Assembly (NCBI GenBank): GCA_963764725.1
Contig: CAVXTM010000010.1
Location: 64,001-128,000, forward strand
DNA from: an uncultured Gammaproteobacteria bacterium
GTDB taxonomy: Bacteria; Pseudomonadota; Gammaproteobacteria; JACCXJ01
Direction of reading: 5' to 3'
DNA length: 64,000 nt
Notes under the pieces: generated by a model
Seen by the model: the letters and a program-made list of their open reading frames with translations, nothing else
Database searches by the model: none
Told to the model about the DNA's origin: nothing
Part shown: one piece after another, positions 59,802 through 64,000 of the stretch
Layout of the letters: each line of letters opens with the position of its first letter
Numbering within the stretch: the stretch's first letter is position 1
Made by a program: the position numbers and the translations under genes

Positions 59802-61661
59802 ATGAGCCGCAAATGGCTCTCGGGAGGGGGACTGATGCTGGCGGCGGCGTTATTCGTGGCCGTCAACATTGTGACCGCCGAGACCTTAAGCTCATGGCGA
59901 TTGGACGTGACCGAGAGCCGGTTGTTTACGCTCTCGAAGGGCACCCGCAACATCCTCAAGTCACTCGAGGAACCGATCACCCTCAGATTCTATTTTTCCG
60001 AGAAACTGTTCTCGGGGATCCCGGCGCTGCAAAGCTACGGTAACCGTATCCGCGACTTATTGGAAGAATATGTCGCGGTGTCCAACGGTCAACTGGTTTT
60101 GAACGTCATTGATCCCGAAGCCTTTTCCGAGGCCGAGGACCGAGCGGTGGCCTATGGCATCACCCAGTTGCCGATCAGCACCACAGGCGATCGCGGGTAT
60201 TTAGGACTTGCCGGGACCAACTCGACCGACGACGAGCAAGCCATCGCCTTTTTCCAACCGGAAAAAGAGCAGTCTCTGGAGTATGAGATCACGAAGCTTA
60301 TCTATGCCCTCGCGCATCCCAAGAAACGCGTGATCGGTGTCCTCAGTTCGTTGCCGCTGTTCGGGGGAGCGGCGCAGCAGGAGTCGCAGTGGGCGCTCGC
60401 GACGATGTTGCGCGAAGCGTTTGAGATCAGGGAGATCGGGCAGGAGGCGACAGAGATCGGCGCGGACGTGGACACCTTGCTTCTGATCCATCCCAAGGCG
60501 CTGTCCGAACAGATGCGCTACGCGATCGATCAGTTCGTGCTCAAGGGCGGTAAGGCGATGGTCTTCGTCGATCCGTTCGCCGAGGAAGATCGCTCCGCGC
60601 CGCCCCCAGAGAATCCCGGTGCCTTGCCGCAATTCGAATCCAACCTGCCCGATCTTTTCGAGAAATGGGGGGTGAAGCTCGTCGCGGGCAAAGTGGCCGG
60701 CGATTTGGAGTCGGCGCTGCGCGTCTCCTTTAACGGTCCCGCCGGGCCCCAGCAAATCGAATATCTGCCCTGGCTGCGCCTCGGCCGCGAGCATTTCAAC
60801 CGCGAGGATTTCGTGACCAACGAGCTCAAAACCATCAATGTCGGCACCGCCGGTGTGTTGGAGAAAGTCGCTGCCGCCGGCACACGCTTCACGCCGCTCA
60901 TCTCCACCGGTCAGCGCGCCGCGCTCTTGGAGCGGGAGATGGTGATGTTCAACCGCGATCCGGCGGCGCTGCTCCAGGGCTTTACCCCGGGTGATAAAGC
61001 ACTGACCTTGGCCGCGCGTATCAGCGGTAAAGTCAAAACCGCCTTTCCCAAGGGCCGGCCAAAAAAGCTCGAGACGGATGCCAGCGATGCCGGTTTTATC
61101 GCGGAATCCAAGAGTCCCGTCAATCTGATCGTGGTGGCCGACACCGATCTCTTGAGCGACCGCTTCTGGGTGCAGGTACAGAACTTCTTGGGGCTTCGGG
61201 TGCCTTCGGCGTTCGCGGACAACGCCAATTTCGTGATCAATGCCCTCGACAACCTGGGCGGTAACGATGACCTCATCAGCTTGCGCAGCCGCGGCGAGTA
61301 TTCGCGACCGTTCACGCGCGTCGAAGCCGTTCAACGGGAGGCCGAGGCGCGTTTCCGCGACCGCGAGCGAGCGCTCCAAGCCAAGCTCGAGGAGACGGAG
61401 CGCAAGATCCAAGAGCTGCAAAGCAAGAAAGAGGAGGGCAGCGCCTTGCTTCTTAGCCCGGAGCAAAAACAGGCAATCGAGGCGTTTCGCGGCGAGCAGA
61501 TCGCGACGCGCAAGGAGCTACGCGCCGTGCAGCACGACCTGCGCAAGAACATCGAACGTTTGGGCGACCAATTGCGTTTTATCAACATCGGCTTGGTGCC
61601 GATCTTGATCGGGTTGTTCGGAATCGGTCTGGGGATAGTGCGCGCCCGCCGCCACCCTTGA
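59802..61661 (+). CDS. GldG-like ABC auxiliary component
   Basis: DVT..LFTLS.GT, LEYEIT, IDQFVL.GG, VVADTD, N.NFV.N.LD.L, coiled coil, terminal TM. Confidence 0.88.
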   Translation: MSRKWLSGGGLMLAAALFVAVNIVTAETLSSWRLDVTESRLFTLSKGTRNILKSLEEPITLRFYFSEKLFSGIPALQSYGNRIRDLLEEYVAVSNGQLVLNVIDPEAFSEAEDRAVAYGITQLPISTTGDRGYLGLAGTNSTDDEQAIAFFQPEKEQSLEYEITKLIYALAHPKKRVIGVLSSLPLFGGAAQQESQWALATMLREAFEIREIGQEATEIGADVDTLLLIHPKALSEQMRYAIDQFVLKGGKAMVFVDPFAEEDRSAPPPENPGALPQFESNLPDLFEKWGVKLVAGKVAGDLESALRVSFNGPAGPQQIEYLPWLRLGREHFNREDFVTNELKTINVGTAGVLEKVAAAGTRFTPLISTGQRAALLEREMVMFNRDPAALLQGFTPGDKALTLAARISGKVKTAFPKGRPKKLETDASDAGFIAESKSPVNLIVVADTDLLSDRFWVQVQNFLGLRVPSAFADNANFVINALDNLGGNDDLISLRSRGEYSRPFTRVEAVQREAEARFRDRERALQAKLEETERKIQELQSKKEEGSALLLSPEQKQAIEAFRGEQIATRKELRAVQHDLRKNIERLGDQLRFINIGLVPILIGLFGIGLGIVRARRHP

Positions 61662-61850
61662 GAGCTTATGAATAAATCTACTGCGCTCGGCATCTCGCGT
61701 TCCGGCGGTGCTCGGAATCCTCATGTATTTGAACATACACTCCGGTTCCTGTGCTCCGGCGGAAAGCCAGGGCCAGGGAACGGCCCTGTTTGGCGCGCCG
61801 AGGATGCAACGCGACCTGCCCTCGCTCGTTGACGATTTCTTCACAAGCTC
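61662..61850. mobile_element. 189-bp MITE
   Basis: TIR GAGCTTATGAATAAAT / ATTTCTTCACAAGCTC (14/16); shares GAATAAA(T)CTACTGCGC with the 56498 element. Confidence 0.75.
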
Positions 61851-61856
61851 AGCGCA

Positions 61857-63008
61857 ATGCAAAAGAACGCCTTTTACCTCCTTGCCCTGATCACCTTGAC
61901 GGTGGTGGTCGCCGCGTTTTTTACCCAGAAAAGAAACGCGCCAGAGACTGAAATCCGGACCACGCCGGTATTTGCGGATCTGCTCGAGCGCGTGAACGAC
62001 GTTTCCAGAATCGAGATCAAGTCCAAGACCGAACAGACGGCCTTAGTGAAACGCGACGCTACCTGGGAGGTCGAGAATCACAGCCACTTCCCGGCGCTGT
62101 TTGAAAAGGTGAAGGGCGCCGTGGTGGCCTTGGCCGAGCTGCAAGTGATCGAGCGCAAGACCGCGAATAAGGAGCTGTATTCCAAACTGGGTGTGGAGGA
62201 TCCGGCTGGCGAAGCCGCCGCCTCGAAGCTTGTGACGTTGCTAGACGGGGATGGCCAAGCGCTGGCGTCATTGATTATCGGCAATGCGAGTACCGGTAAA
62301 ACTGCCGGAACCTATGTGCGGCTTCCGGCTGAAGCGCAAGCGCTGCTGGTCAAGGGCAGTCTGGATGTTCCGGCTAATCCGATGGAGTGGCTGGTCAAGG
62401 ATGTCGCCCATATCCCCTCGGAGCGGATACGGGAAGTCGTTATTCAAAAGCCGGGGCAGGCGCTAGTGCGCGTCTACAAGAACGATCCCAAGGATGCAGA
62501 CTACACGCTGGAGGCGCTCCCGAAAGGGCACAAAGTAAAATCCCAGTTAACGGTGAACAGCCTGGCGACGTCTCTGGAGTACCTGCGCTTCGATGATGTC
62601 GCGCCACGGGCGGATCTAAAACTCCCCGCGGACGCGACGGTCACGACCTTGCGCACCTTCGATGGGTTGGTGGCCATCGTCAAAAGCGCGATCGTGAAGG
62701 ATAAGACATGGGCTAGCGTGGAAATTTTTTTTGATGCCGAGGCGGCCAAGAAGGCGGCTGCGAACACCGGGAACCCAGCCTCCGGGGATGGTAAGGCGGG
62801 CGCGAATCCCGACAGTAAGGCAAAACCACCCGCTCCATCGGTCGCCGAGGAGGTCAAAGCGCTGAGCGAAAAAACCGCGCATTGGGCCTACGCGCTGCCA
62901 AGTCACACAGGCGAGCTGTTAACCACAACCGCGGCGGCGCTCACGACCAAGGAAGGAAAGGACGAAACCAAGCCGTCACCCGCGCCTAAGAAGCCCCCCA
63001 AACCCTAG
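61857..63008 (+). CDS. DUF4340-like protein
   Basis: N-terminal anchor; L..RKT..Y.KLG..DP, L.IG, YVR; last gene of the Gld-like operon. Confidence 0.8.
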   Translation: MQKNAFYLLALITLTVVVAAFFTQKRNAPETEIRTTPVFADLLERVNDVSRIEIKSKTEQTALVKRDATWEVENHSHFPALFEKVKGAVVALAELQVIERKTANKELYSKLGVEDPAGEAAASKLVTLLDGDGQALASLIIGNASTGKTAGTYVRLPAEAQALLVKGSLDVPANPMEWLVKDVAHIPSERIREVVIQKPGQALVRVYKNDPKDADYTLEALPKGHKVKSQLTVNSLATSLEYLRFDDVAPRADLKLPADATVTTLRTFDGLVAIVKSAIVKDKTWASVEIFFDAEAAKKAAANTGNPASGDGKAGANPDSKAKPPAPSVAEEVKALSEKTAHWAYALPSHTGELLTTTAAALTTKEGKDETKPSPAPKKPPKP

Positions 63009-63252
63009 ACCGAGAATCGGAGGGCGCTTTTCGCCTGATTCTGGGTCAACGCGGAAACTTGTCTCGTCACGGCGAGATGGGTGAGAAACGCCTCGACCTC
63101 TGTCGCGCCCATGTCTTTCGGGTGCTTTTTGCCGTTGTACAGCACAAGCGCTTCACCCAATCCGTATACGCTTGCTCGGTGCGGATGCTATAGTTCTTCC
63201 GGCGGCACTTATCCCGCACCTGATCCAATAGCCGGGGTCCTCCATAACCCAT
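63005..63252 (-). pseudogene. intI: Integron integrase N-terminal fragment (frameshifted, truncated)
   Basis: RLLDQVR..R.KNYSIRTEQAY..WVKR / VLYNGKKHPKDMGATEVEAFLTHLAV.R.VSA.TQNQAKSAL. Confidence 0.88.
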
Positions 63253-63389
63253 ACGAAATCTCCCAAGGTGTGAATGGAAATAAAATTAGGGTGTGATAAA
63301 AATGGCTAGCGGATTGATATCATGCTTTTTCGTCTATAGCATCAAGCGTGTAAAAACCGTAAAGGCGCATTATAAAGCGCCATTTTAGG

Positions 63390-63409
63390 GTGGCTACTTT
63401 AAGTTGGTC
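63390..63409 (+). other. attI core
   Basis: GTTGGTC at 63403 after an AT-rich region divergent from intI; near-complementary to R'' GTCCAAC at 63561. Confidence 0.6.
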
Positions 63410-63608
63410 GGCGCGCAGCGCCGGGGCCACGGCTTTTAGAACGGGAGATGAGCATGGATAGGATCACAGGCCATGATAACCGCGATCGCGACGGCGCTAA
63501 GCGCGCGCCAACCAACGGAGCGCGCGTTGTCTCACGTCAAGTTGTCCGGCGCTACGCGCCGTCCAACTCTCGTTCGAGCGGCACCGCTCAACTCGCGCTC
63601 CGTTAGTT
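63403..63608 (+). other. ORF-less cassette with 22-bp terminal inverted repeats and a short attC (63561-63608)
   Basis: GTTGGTCGGCGCGCAGCGCCGG ... CCGGCGCTACGCGCCGTCCAAC; attC GTTCGAGCGG-ca-CCGCTCAAC..GTTAGTT. Confidence 0.65.
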
Positions 63609-63627
63609 TTCGCAAGGGACATAAAAA

Positions 63628-64000
63628 ATGGCCGACGGCTTCAATTGGAAGTGTCCATTCTGCAACCATGCTTCGACAATTACATATTTGAACTGTGGGG
63701 GTGATACCTTACACTTTGAGAAGGGCAACAAAGATGGTGATTTGGGTTTGCTTAGTGAAGTGATCGTTTGCCCAAATAGCGAATGCAAGGAATACACAAT
63801 TAAGGCTGGTCTTTACAAGACAAAAAAGAAGCCGAACGGGGACAGAGAATTTATTGACGAGCCACTGCTTCAGTGGCAGCTCAGACCACAATCCAAAGCT
63901 AGGCCATTTCCTTCTTACATACCGCCGCAAATACTCGACGACTATCGAGAGGCGTGTTTGGTGAAAGACCTGAGCCCAAAAGCTTCGGCAACGCTATCTC
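63628..64000 (+). CDS. DUF4145-like cassette protein (runs off the window)
   Basis: W.CPFC..CPN..C zinc ribbon, IP..I..DY.EA.LV..LSPKASATLS. Confidence 0.8.
   Translation, partial: MADGFNWKCPFCNHASTITYLNCGGDTLHFEKGNKDGDLGLLSEVIVCPNSECKEYTIKAGLYKTKKKPNGDREFIDEPLLQWQLRPQSKARPFPSYIPPQILDDYREACLVKDLSPKASATLS

Noticed and set aside
58084-63008. Gliding motility system
   Set aside because: GldA/F/G-like ABC operons with a DUF4340-like gene are widespread in non-gliding proteobacteria, and no other gliding genes are present
1-64000. CRISPR array, rRNA or tRNA genes
   Set aside because: No regularly spaced identical repeats or recognisable RNA gene sequence; the spaced palindromes are attC sites, REPs or MITEs

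Overview
GC-rich proteobacterial chromosome segment; the slt-NDUFA9-like-cca order suggests a gamma- or betaproteobacterium. Ordinary blocks are: ubiB-like kinase, a PAS kinase/NarL pair, a DASS transporter, lon, cca, slt, a bdhA-adc-patatin PHB-mobilisation cluster, a class-3 asparaginase and a Gld-like ABC operon. They alternate with four decayed integron loci. (i) 3.8-11.0 kb: truncated long-type IntI, attI and a minus-strand cassette array that appears to include a 2.3-kb arylsulfatase, plus an attC interrupted by the 5' end of a group IIC-attC intron. (ii) 18.6-23.1 kb: integrase-less array with hicAB, brnT/A, HNH and receiver-domain cassettes. (iii) 36.8-37.9 kb: attC/higBA cluster. (iv) 63.0-64.0 kb: a second truncated intI, attI, an ORF-less cassette and a DUF4145-like cassette. 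At least four small mobile-repeat families are visible. The most notable observations are a ~128-bp MITE-like repeat that sits in-frame inside slt, supplies the Slt C-terminus and abuts the lon start; a patatin(fragment)-MBL hydrolase-CHAT/TPR-like putative conflict operon; and an ORF-less cassette with long terminal inverted repeats whose second copy encloses higBA. Several genes carry single-base frameshifts that may be sequencing errors. No rRNA, tRNA or CRISPR array was seen. All family assignments are from motif recognition by eye, not database searches.
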